Shown here: piece by piece, positions 36,320 through 44,578 of the stretch
Layout of the letters: each line of letters starts with the position of its first letter
Position numbering within the stretch: the first letter of the stretch is position 1
Source of the DNA: a virus
Direction: 5' to 3' (one strand)
Virus record (IMG/VR): IMGVR_UViG_3300048838_000238
Span: 1 to 64,000 of that record
DNA: 64,000 nucleotides
Program-made: the position numbers and the translations under genes
Notes under the pieces: generated by a model
Told to the model about the DNA's origin: nothing
The model's input: the letters and a program-made list of their open reading frames with translations, nothing else
The model's database searches: none

Positions 36320-36577
36320 TCACTTGAAGAACTGAATTACGTCGCGTCTGACCTTGCGACGTTTCTTGACTGGAGTGGCCGGAGCGGCGACAGTGCGGAT
36401 GTCTTCAAACGCCTCCAGCGCCTCCGATGTTACGATGTACCGCGACCTCCCGGAAGTCTTGGTTCGGATATCGATCGCCGTTAGTTGCCCTGATCTGACT
36501 AGCGTCAAGACGTGGCTATGGCAGCAGCGCCACCGCTCTGCGATCTCTGCCAAGGTGTAAGAGGCTTGCGCGGTCAT
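36320..36577 (-). CDS. xis: Excisionase-like HTH protein
   Basis: YTLAEIAERWRCCHSHVLTLVRSGQLTAI...RYIVTSEALEAF; near int and attP. Confidence 0.78.
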   Translation of the reverse strand: MTAQASYTLAEIAERWRCCHSHVLTLVRSGQLTAIDIRTKTSGRSRYIVTSEALEAFEDIRTVAAPATPVKKRRKVRRDVIQFFK

Positions 36578-36954
36578 GCTGGACCTAGCTTTTTGATCGT
36601 GATCTTCCAGTTCCCGAGTTCGCTCTTTCCGTCCGTTGCTCCAACTAAGTCAACCGTCAAGTCAGTCGCACCGTTGCGGACCGCCTCGGAGATTAAAAAC
36701 ACCGCCGCCCCCGTTGCCTTTAGCGCGTGCTTTCCGTGATCGTCATCGCAAATAGCGGCGACCGCCTCCGGCAACGGCTTCGCCAAAACTGTCTCGCGAG
36801 CCTCGATTTCATGCCTCACCCAATCTTCGGTCACTCCAGGTGAGCCAAGAGAGATGCCATTTACGCACTTACCTGACAGAATCGCCTTTAGCGACCGTAA
36901 CTCTGACTCCAGTATCTTCCGGCCTTCTGTCTGAGTTGCGGTCGTCATCGGCAT
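36574..36954 (-). CDS. Hypothetical protein
   Basis: 126-aa ORF with ATGA overlap. Confidence 0.55.
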   Translation of the reverse strand: MPMTTATQTEGRKILESELRSLKAILSGKCVNGISLGSPGVTEDWVRHEIEARETVLAKPLPEAVAAICDDDHGKHALKATGAAVFLISEAVRNGATDLTVDLVGATDGKSELGNWKITIKKLGPA

Positions 36955-37375
36955 TCGTCCCTTCTGGAGTCCCGTTCGTAGTCCGCTTTATCGGCGCGGT
37001 CTTCGTCGTGTAGGCGGCGTTGCTCGCGCTCGTCCGCTTCGTCTTCTGCGTTGGAGGTTCGCCAAGCGTCATAGCTTGCAGGTAGTCCGTCTTGCATCGA
37101 TCTTTACCTCAGTAGAGTTTCAGTGACAGCGGCATAAACCGCCGTTGCTCGCGTATGGTCCGTTAGGTCCGACAGGATCATCGGATGTGTAATGCTCTCC
37201 TGGAATTGCGTACCATCCGTCGCCGTCCGGGTGCGTTACCAATTCCGCCACAGTCCCACATCGCGTGATGCCTCTTGGCTTGTACGGCGCTCAAACTCGC
37301 GACACTAGGCACCGTATCTGCTATCTCGTCACTCGCACCAGATCTATGCTTTTAGCGTGACGTGATTTGAAAAAG

Positions 37376-37448
37376 TTGCGGGCCTTGGAATCGCACCAAG
37401 TTTGCTCTGCTTATGAGACAGAGAAGATGACTACACCTACCGCCCGCA
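37376..37448 (-). tRNA. tRNA with CAT anticodon (elongator Met or Ile2), atypical T-loop
   Basis: Acceptor stem TGCGGGC/GCCCGCA; anticodon arm TCTGT-CTCATAA-GCAGA; T arm CTTGG-TGCGATT-CCAAG. Confidence 0.75.
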
Positions 37449-37452
37449 ATAA

Positions 37453-37698
37453 CTACGCTGACTTTCGTGCCGCTATCGCCCGTCCCGTGGTTGTGTTCGG
37501 CAGACCAGACACAAGGTTTGCCGCGCTCTCGATATCCCACGTATCGTCAACAGAGATCGAATCCAGACCTACCGCGAACGCCTCCTGGCTGACTCTCCAG
37601 ACGAGGCAATCGAACTTCACCGCGCAGAATCCGACCTTCATCGATCGCAGCGCCTTCGTGATTCTCTCCAGTTTGTCGAGTTGTTGCTTAGTCTTCAC
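37453..37698 (-). CDS. Hypothetical protein
   Basis: 81-aa ORF with GGAG RBS, just after a promoter copy. Confidence 0.55.
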   Translation of the reverse strand: MKTKQQLDKLERITKALRSMKVGFCAVKFDCLVWRVSQEAFAVGLDSISVDDTWDIESAANLVSGLPNTTTGRAIAARKSA

Positions 37699-37736
37699 CT
37701 GTTGGCTCCATAAACTGGTTGTGTGTTGATACCAGT

Positions 37737-37773
37737 AATTCGCCCGTCGCAGAACTATATTGGATTGATATAG
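37737..37773 (-). promoter_or_regulatory. Promoter (37737-37763) with operator over the -35 (37755-37773), upstream of the tRNA/xis block
   Basis: CCAA-N15-GGCGAATT; ctatatt-ggatt-gatatag. Confidence 0.75.
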
Positions 37774-37797
37774 CCGAATCGGGAAAAATTTTAAAGG

Positions 37798-38310
37798 CTA
37801 CCAATCGCCCAGTATGTCGTATCTGGCCAATATCCGACGGCAGTTGTCGTCCGTCACTATCGTCGACTGGTCCGGCGCGCGACCGACTAGACTAGCCAGC
37901 TTGCTTTCGTCGATTGGATCGTGGACGTGATACTTGCACGCGCCGGCCGGCCATAAGTAGGGTACGCTGATAATCACGCACTTCGTCGCGGCCGCGAAGA
38001 GGGCGGCGGAGAACTCTTGCGTTTCTTTGAGATGCTCGATGACTTGGCAGCACGTGACGACCGACACTGGCAAAGGGACGTGTTTGGCGCTGGTGGGCCA
38101 GTAGCCGCGCGCCGCTTGGACTCCTGGCAGATGCGGGCGGGCCTCGGGTCCGAGCGTCCACCGCTCGGCAAATGCGCCCCACGTCGCTACTGGCGTGTCC
38201 ATCGGGCCGATGTCGAGGATCGACTGTTGTGGTCCGAGTTCGTCAATCCATTGGCGGAGAACGCGGTAATAGTTGTAGTGCTTTCGCTGCTCGTAGTATC
38301 CTGGCATCAT
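37798..38310 (-). CDS. Class I SAM-dependent methyltransferase-like protein
   Basis: SILDIGP, VVTCCQVIEHL, IISVPY. Confidence 0.65.
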   Translation of the reverse strand: MMPGYYEQRKHYNYYRVLRQWIDELGPQQSILDIGPMDTPVATWGAFAERWTLGPEARPHLPGVQAARGYWPTSAKHVPLPVSVVTCCQVIEHLKETQEFSAALFAAATKCVIISVPYLWPAGACKYHVHDPIDESKLASLVGRAPDQSTIVTDDNCRRILARYDILGDW

Positions 38311-39428
38311 TCGTCCTCGCGGCGGGAATGGATGTAGGTGCGTACCGCGTCCCGCAATTCATTCGGCGCGGCCGACGACCAACGCAGCATCCCGTTGGGG
38401 TCGCGCACGAGGTGCTTTTCAGGGTCGAATCGGTGGCGGCGCAGGGCCTCATGCCGCGACATATATTGACGATGTTTGCGCGATCCGTGATAGAGATGCA
38501 ATGCCGGTGAGTCGACGACCCCAACGCGGCCGTGCGTTAATTTGGTCAATCCGCGCGACCAGCGAAGCATGTGGGACCGATACTCATCGCCCCAACTTCG
38601 GATATCAATTGCTCGCGCGTCGCCGACTGCCGCCGCCGCCCAGACGACGTCTCCACCGCCAGTGATCGCCATGTCGTACATGCCGCCACATTTTGCGAGC
38701 GTCTCACGTCTAGCTGCCCATGCCATTCCAGGGAATGATCTGCGCGAGTCGGCGTTTGCTTGTCGGCGGACTCGATTGTCCCACGCCATGCTAGGTCGTG
38801 GCGGGTCTTCTGCCATTGGCTGATCGTCTGCGTCCAGATACGTAATCATCGACCAAGGCTGAACAACAGCATGCAAGTTGAGTTGCTGAAGGATCTGGTC
38901 GCCGATCCCAGGACGCTCGTAAACCACGTCCGCGTCAATCCAGACAGCACAGTCGTATTGATCCGGCAGTCGATCGATCGCGGCGTTTAGCAGTGATTCT
39001 TTGTGCCAAAACTGGGCGTCACCGTCGATTTTGAACTGCCAAGTGGAGTCAATTTCAGACCGCATTCCAGGAAACAGCCCTTCGGCGCAAAATAGCGGCA
39101 GCCCTTGCTCTCTGATAGCGCCTGCGAATCGCGGATAGATTTGAACGCGCCGCCGACTCCCGTGAGGATTAAAAAACGATGTAACAACGGCGAGATTCTT
39201 TGCCGGTGGACCAGTATGCGACGGTAGGTCAAGGGGATTTTCAGCCTGCGCCACGATTCTTGCCGCCGTCGCCTCCTTGGCGCGGGGCTGCGCCACAATC
39301 CTCGCTGCCGCCGCTTCCTTGGCGAGGGGCTTCAGCTTCCAAAACGAATCGGGGATTTTCGCTTGCCCCCGCGCTACCATCTGCATTAAGCGACCCGTGT
39401 CGGTGAGCCCTACGCCGATCTTTGCCAC
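38307..39428 (-). CDS. GT-A-fold glycosyltransferase-like protein
   Basis: VVTSFFNP, WHKESLLN, VWIDADV (DxD), PGMAWAARR, GGGD, HLYHG. Confidence 0.75.
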   Translation of the reverse strand: MAKIGVGLTDTGRLMQMVARGQAKIPDSFWKLKPLAKEAAAARIVAQPRAKEATAARIVAQAENPLDLPSHTGPPAKNLAVVTSFFNPHGSRRRVQIYPRFAGAIREQGLPLFCAEGLFPGMRSEIDSTWQFKIDGDAQFWHKESLLNAAIDRLPDQYDCAVWIDADVVYERPGIGDQILQQLNLHAVVQPWSMITYLDADDQPMAEDPPRPSMAWDNRVRRQANADSRRSFPGMAWAARRETLAKCGGMYDMAITGGGDVVWAAAAVGDARAIDIRSWGDEYRSHMLRWSRGLTKLTHGRVGVVDSPALHLYHGSRKHRQYMSRHEALRRHRFDPEKHLVRDPNGMLRWSSAAPNELRDAVRTYIHSRREDE

Positions 39429-40396
39429 ACCGCGCCTCCTTGCGCTCTCATAATGAAGATGCCGTCCGTCAGATTGCAGTCTACCGCGCCGGTGTAACGA
39501 GGTACGACTTCGTCACCCGGTTTCAGTCTGAGCATGAACGATAGGCAGACGTGTAGCGTCTCGGCTTTGTGCCGCAAGAAGTTGTAGGCGCCATAGTCGC
39601 CGTCCCATGTATTGCCGAGTTTGAATGGTGTCGCGGTTTCCGATCCCGCGCGGCGGACGTTGATCTGTAACCCGCAAGCCAGCGACCGCTCAGACGAGGT
39701 TTGTTCTTCGATCGATAGCGTCGCGGCCACAGATCCGCAGTAGACTCCAGAGCGGACCACGCCATAAGATCCGATCGCGGCGTTTGGTCGGAACAGAAAT
39801 GCCGATCGGCTCCAAGCCGGAATGCCGCCCGTCGCTTCATCCGTCAGTAATTCCAAGCCGGAAGGAAAGAACAATCCGGCTGGCGCAAGCGAAGCCGCCG
39901 CGCACTTGGCCGCGATCGCGTGCCTCGCTATCAATCCGTTCGGCATGATCTTGGCCAACCATAGACCAGGATGCACTTCAGCTTTGCTGATGCACAGAAA
40001 GGCGTTCCCAGCGGGGTGGAGCTTCCAAGAGTCGTCAATGGGGCCGCATGGCAGGCCAGGACGGATGAGACTCTGCTTTGTAGAGTCGACCAATGCCCAC
40101 AGCGGCCAATCGCGCGAGAACTGCCCCTTGGCGTTCGCCGGTGTCGCGATGTGGTGGTTGACCGCGTAGAAGTTCGCGTCTTGCGCTTCGCAGGAATAGC
40201 TAGTAGGCCGGTAGCCGCTGTATAAAGTCAGACCGTTTACTGAGTCCCATTGGTGCTCGACATCACTGACGACGCCTTCCGCTGGTTCTTTGTGCGGAGG
40301 CAGCGCCACGAGTCCCCAGGCTGGGCAACTATGCCCGCTCTTGTTCTGCCAATCCTCGCTGCGCGCGTGAAAGAACTCTTTGTGAAAGGCTTTCAT
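39410..40396 (-). CDS. Tail-tip/receptor-binding protein candidate, paralog 3
   Basis: WQNKSGHSCPAWG N-motif; C-terminal jelly-roll-like strand FMLRLKPGDEV. Confidence 0.55.
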   Translation of the reverse strand: MKAFHKEFFHARSEDWQNKSGHSCPAWGLVALPPHKEPAEGVVSDVEHQWDSVNGLTLYSGYRPTSYSCEAQDANFYAVNHHIATPANAKGQFSRDWPLWALVDSTKQSLIRPGLPCGPIDDSWKLHPAGNAFLCISKAEVHPGLWLAKIMPNGLIARHAIAAKCAAASLAPAGLFFPSGLELLTDEATGGIPAWSRSAFLFRPNAAIGSYGVVRSGVYCGSVAATLSIEEQTSSERSLACGLQINVRRAGSETATPFKLGNTWDGDYGAYNFLRHKAETLHVCLSFMLRLKPGDEVVPRYTGAVDCNLTDGIFIMRAQGGAVWQRSA

Positions 40397-41700
40397 ATTG
40401 ACGAGTGTCCTTCCCGACTGTCGCTAGGACCGATGTACTCGATCAGCAGAGATGGGTTATCGACCGTGGCGTCGTAGTATTGGTTTTGGCCGCCGGATCT
40501 GGGCAGCGCATCGTAGATTAATATCCGCACGGACAACTCGGCATCTCGTTGAACGCGGCAAGTGAACGGCATGTAAACCGATCGCTTCATGTCTTCATTG
40601 AAAGGAACAAACTGCGACTCGCCGATATCACCGCCAAGCCTGATTGCATATTCCGCCACTGGCTCACCAGGAATGTTTTGAGGATAGAATCTGATAGTTG
40701 ACGGAATAATGGCGTTAGCCGCATAATCACCCCAGTCGTCTTCTCCAGCATCCAGCGATATCCTTACAAGCAGCAGTCCTCCCTGCCTTGGCTCACCAGC
40801 GTATCCGTCATACGCCGACTTCAACAGCATTCCGACCGTGGCCTGAAAGACGCAGTCGTAGAATCCAGGCTCGTTAAGGCGGATTTTAGACACTACGGAA
40901 GCCCCAGAGTTCTCCGGATAGATGTCGCAGTTCCTTGGATTGGTTGGTACTCGCAGCCCGAAGGTATCCGCAAAATTGTAGTGCGCTGCATCGCCTTCGA
41001 AGGGGTCGCCGTCGTCGGTTAAGACCGTCTGTGTGTCGGCTTCCTTGACCGCGCACAATAGATCCGCTTGCGGCGACCGCCACGGCGCGATCAGCAGCAC
41101 GTCGCGATCTTTTATGCGAGGCTCGCTTTGAACGCCAAGGGAAGTGAATTGTCTTCCTGAATCGAATCGCTTCGCGCCAGTGCGGTATTGCGGTCCAGGT
41201 CCAATCCATTCAACGGTTTCATCTTGTGCTTCGCGAGTAACCTCCCACGAACCAGACTTCGGCGAGCATCGTTCTCCGACAAGGATCTGCGGCGAGTCTG
41301 GGTGTCGGAGAACCATCAGCGGCCAATCAAACGTGGCCAGACCGACCTTCCCTGGCTGTACAGCTAAGTGCGAATTTGCGGCGAACAGATCTCCCTGCCA
41401 TTCTTCGCGGTCCTGTGGTGGATCAGCGTAGCGACTCAGACTCAGCACACTGAGGGCAGCCCCGGAAATAAACGGGGTGCCCTGCAAATACAAATCATCC
41501 AGACCTTCGAATCCGACTCCACGACTCAAAACATTTACGTCGGTGTTGACGAAACGCCCTTCGAACGTTGTCGCGCGATCGATGAGACCGAAGGCCGGAC
41601 AGACTGTGTCGCTCATGTTCCTCCACAGCACCCAACGTCGCGATGCGAAGTAACCTTGATAGCGCGGTAACGCGATTCTCTGAGACACTCTGCTAGGCAT
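40393..41700 (-). CDS. Tail-tip/receptor-binding protein candidate, paralog 2
   Basis: WRNMSDTVCPAFG; AVQPGKVGLATFDWP. Confidence 0.55.
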   Translation of the reverse strand: MPSRVSQRIALPRYQGYFASRRWVLWRNMSDTVCPAFGLIDRATTFEGRFVNTDVNVLSRGVGFEGLDDLYLQGTPFISGAALSVLSLSRYADPPQDREEWQGDLFAANSHLAVQPGKVGLATFDWPLMVLRHPDSPQILVGERCSPKSGSWEVTREAQDETVEWIGPGPQYRTGAKRFDSGRQFTSLGVQSEPRIKDRDVLLIAPWRSPQADLLCAVKEADTQTVLTDDGDPFEGDAAHYNFADTFGLRVPTNPRNCDIYPENSGASVVSKIRLNEPGFYDCVFQATVGMLLKSAYDGYAGEPRQGGLLLVRISLDAGEDDWGDYAANAIIPSTIRFYPQNIPGEPVAEYAIRLGGDIGESQFVPFNEDMKRSVYMPFTCRVQRDAELSVRILIYDALPRSGGQNQYYDATVDNPSLLIEYIGPSDSREGHSSI

Positions 41701-42829
41701 CTTCGTACCTCGGCAGAGTCTGCGATTGCCACCGCATTTGCAGCGCAAAGTCCCACGGAAAGCGAACATCCGGAGACTCCAGAGTGTAGTCCAATCGGAC
41801 GTCGATCCAGGAGTTCGGTTGGAGTTGGATCAGAAATGGAAACTCTAGCGCGCGCGGATTGTATCTCGTCTCCACGCCGTCACCGTAGTACTCGTCTTCG
41901 GTGTTCGCGAGTCGACCGGCAAACGGCGTATCAGCTGGTCCGGACCCAGAGTCGTAGGTCATGGTCACAGCGAGCGAGGAGACACGCCGGTCATAATTAA
42001 CGAATACTAACGACCCCAGGATGTCGGCGTCAAACCGCACCGTTCCATAGTAGATTCCGCCATCACGAATCCAGAGACCTCGCGAGTCCTGCGGGTTATT
42101 GATGTCAAACTCTCGTGTCTGGGCGCCGTAGTTGTTGAAGTGCGGAAGAATTCGATTATCAATATCCGACTCAGAAATTCCACCAAACCGGCCCTCAGAA
42201 CCGGTCCAGCGTCCGTAACCAATGACCGACGAACCGCTGGGCATCTCCAACGCAGGGTAAGGCTCGTTTCGATTCGTCGTATGCAGCAAGATTATGTTCG
42301 GATCTTTCTGCTGACGAGCGCGAACAGATTGAGCGGCGTGACTACGAGGACCGCCCTGAGTCGCCGCCGCATACTTCACAGGAGACGAAATATAAGACGA
42401 GTTGTGCGACAAGCCGTCCGCCGTTCCTACCCACTTGCACTTGTGCCTGTAAAAGGCGTCGGTGAAGTAGTTGATCGGTCCTGGTCCGGTGTTGCCGGTC
42501 GTGCTACTGGTCGCCGCCAAGCACAGCGGGTGCATGGTCGCCAGTCCGCGTTTACCTGGCGCGACCGCGCCTAGTCCGTTAAACGCCAACAGCGCCGGAT
42601 TCTGCAACTCCTGACCATAGACATTAGGCACGGTCCCGTACCAAACTGGCTTCGATCCGTCCATGAAGAACGACTTTGGATCTTCGGTATCGTCGATCGT
42701 GAACGGCTTGAGTTGGATCATGCCGAGCGCGGGGCAGGTTTCGGCGCTCTCGTTCTGCCAATCGAACCAGCGCTGCGTCTGGAACCAGTCTTGGAAGCTC
42801 GTCGCGCGCGGCGTTAATGGACTGCTCAT
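41693..42829 (-). CDS. Tail-tip/receptor-binding protein candidate, paralog 1
   Basis: WQNESAETCPALG; AVAPGKRGLATMHP. Confidence 0.55.
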   Translation of the reverse strand: MSSPLTPRATSFQDWFQTQRWFDWQNESAETCPALGMIQLKPFTIDDTEDPKSFFMDGSKPVWYGTVPNVYGQELQNPALLAFNGLGAVAPGKRGLATMHPLCLAATSSTTGNTGPGPINYFTDAFYRHKCKWVGTADGLSHNSSYISSPVKYAAATQGGPRSHAAQSVRARQQKDPNIILLHTTNRNEPYPALEMPSGSSVIGYGRWTGSEGRFGGISESDIDNRILPHFNNYGAQTREFDINNPQDSRGLWIRDGGIYYGTVRFDADILGSLVFVNYDRRVSSLAVTMTYDSGSGPADTPFAGRLANTEDEYYGDGVETRYNPRALEFPFLIQLQPNSWIDVRLDYTLESPDVRFPWDFALQMRWQSQTLPRYEDA

Positions 42830-44535
42830 GCCGTCCCCGGCTTCTTGGGTGCGGTGCGATTGGCGGAATCTTTCTTGAGCAGTTCCGCGACTTCCGCTTG
42901 CTGCTTGCGCTCTTCGTAAGTGAGCGACATGAACGCTTGTTCGCGGTTGCGGCTGATCTGCGTTCTTGCATAGCCTTGTCCGTCGATCGTCCAAGTGATT
43001 TGATGCAACGCGCCGTCGAGGGTGATGTAGCGGAAACCGGCATAGCCACGCGCGCCTGGTCCGGTCATTTGAAACGACCGCAAGAGTTGGTCGATGTAGT
43101 ACAGGGCTTGCTGCTTGACTTCGGTCTTATTGTCGATCGTTTTCGAGGGACCGGCCGCCGACTTCTGTACCCAAATCTTCCGCTGGATATCGTTTCTCTC
43201 GATGTAGAACGGCTTGGTGCCGAGCTTCTGACCGGGCGGTGTGAACTCGACAAGTTCGCGCTTTACCGCGCCGGTCTTCTCGTCTTTGATATGCACGCCA
43301 GTTACCAGCCACAGTTTGGGCGGACGAACGTCTTGAGACGTGGAGTCGACCGCGCGGTCCGAATCGATGATCCCAGCCGAGTCGCCGAACAAAAACAGCG
43401 GCTCGTCGGTCATCACAATGCCGCGATCCTTGTCAATCGAAAAGCTGCCCTCGTACTTGGCTAGCCTTCCGTGCGGAGTATCGGCGGTCTTCTCGGGATC
43501 AAGCTTCAAGTCGCCTGGGAAAAACAGCCCCCACAACTCCGCCGGCATCGGCTCTTGGACTTCTTTCTTCGGCTCGAACTTCTTGATCTTCGACTTGGCG
43601 ACCCGCTCGTCCGTGAGCGGCAAGATGCGGTCGATGTCGTCCTCTTTGATCTTCTCCGGTTTCCCGTCTGCGGTAATGTCGATCGGCAGCTTCACGCGGA
43701 ACCATCGCCACACGCACTTTTGCGCCTGCTTGCGGTCTTCAGGCTTGACGACCTCGGGGAAGTCCGGCGGCATGGACGTCTTCCATCCGCCTTGCGGCTT
43801 GAAGCTCAAGTCGTCGACTAGATCAATTTCGCCTTCGGTGTCCGCGCCCACCGCTTCTAATTCGAGCCACTCCTCATAGACCGTTGGCCCCGCGCGGAAG
43901 ATGATCTTATCCGGCATTTCTGGCGGATTGATCGACAGCGAATCGGACTCCACGTCAAAGCCCATCGGCAGTTGCTGCCCTTCGCCGGACTTGGCTATCA
44001 AGATGCCATCCGACTGAGGGTCGTAAATCACTCGGCAGCCGAGACCGTCGACTAGCTCTTGCAGCGCGCGTGAAGGATTGCCGTTCCACTTCACGTAGGG
44101 CAGCGAATCGTTCGGCAGCTTCGAGACGTCGAACTTCTTCTCGCCCATTTCCTTCAGACAGAGTTCCGCGAGTTCGCGCGGCTTCTTCTTGGTCTTCTCG
44201 CGGACCTTATTGTCGGCGGATTCGCGGATGTTGTACTCGCCTTCGATCCAGCCGTAATCGCGCCACTTCCAGCGTCGATCCAAGATTGTCAAGGCCATGA
44301 ACTGGCGGCCGTCGGTGCCGGTTTCAAACGCTACCGAATCGAGCAAGCAGTCGCGCAGCGTAATCGCGTTGCCGCCGTAGATCACTCGAAGATTCGACCG
44401 CATCGGATAGGGGCCGGGCTGTGGCGCGCAGTAGATCACGTTCGCGCCGGGAGTCACGCCATGCGACACGGATACCGCGCCGTGCATGACGTAGCGGAAG
44501 CCACCAAACTCGAATAGTCCTTGCGGATCGGCCAA
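42826..44535 (-). CDS. Tail hub/baseplate-like structural protein
   Basis: 569 aa, LTILDRRWKW motif, position within the tail block. Confidence 0.55.
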   Translation of the reverse strand: MADPQGLFEFGGFRYVMHGAVSVSHGVTPGANVIYCAPQPGPYPMRSNLRVIYGGNAITLRDCLLDSVAFETGTDGRQFMALTILDRRWKWRDYGWIEGEYNIRESADNKVREKTKKKPRELAELCLKEMGEKKFDVSKLPNDSLPYVKWNGNPSRALQELVDGLGCRVIYDPQSDGILIAKSGEGQQLPMGFDVESDSLSINPPEMPDKIIFRAGPTVYEEWLELEAVGADTEGEIDLVDDLSFKPQGGWKTSMPPDFPEVVKPEDRKQAQKCVWRWFRVKLPIDITADGKPEKIKEDDIDRILPLTDERVAKSKIKKFEPKKEVQEPMPAELWGLFFPGDLKLDPEKTADTPHGRLAKYEGSFSIDKDRGIVMTDEPLFLFGDSAGIIDSDRAVDSTSQDVRPPKLWLVTGVHIKDEKTGAVKRELVEFTPPGQKLGTKPFYIERNDIQRKIWVQKSAAGPSKTIDNKTEVKQQALYYIDQLLRSFQMTGPGARGYAGFRYITLDGALHQITWTIDGQGYARTQISRNREQAFMSLTYEERKQQAEVAELLKKDSANRTAPKKPGTA

Positions 44536-44578
44536 GACACCCTCCTTGCTATCCTGCTACCTGCAATCCAGATTTCTT

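Noticed and set aside
37225-37258. tRNA-Leu-like 5' segment (GGGACTGTGGCGGAATTGGTAACGCAC, minus strand)
   Set aside because: No anticodon arm, T arm or matching 3' acceptor strand follows; at most a remnant.
39410-42829. Diversity-generating retroelement or invertible tail-fibre switch
   Set aside because: I see no reverse transcriptase, no TR/VR pair with adenine-specific mismatches, no invertase and no flanking inverted repeats.
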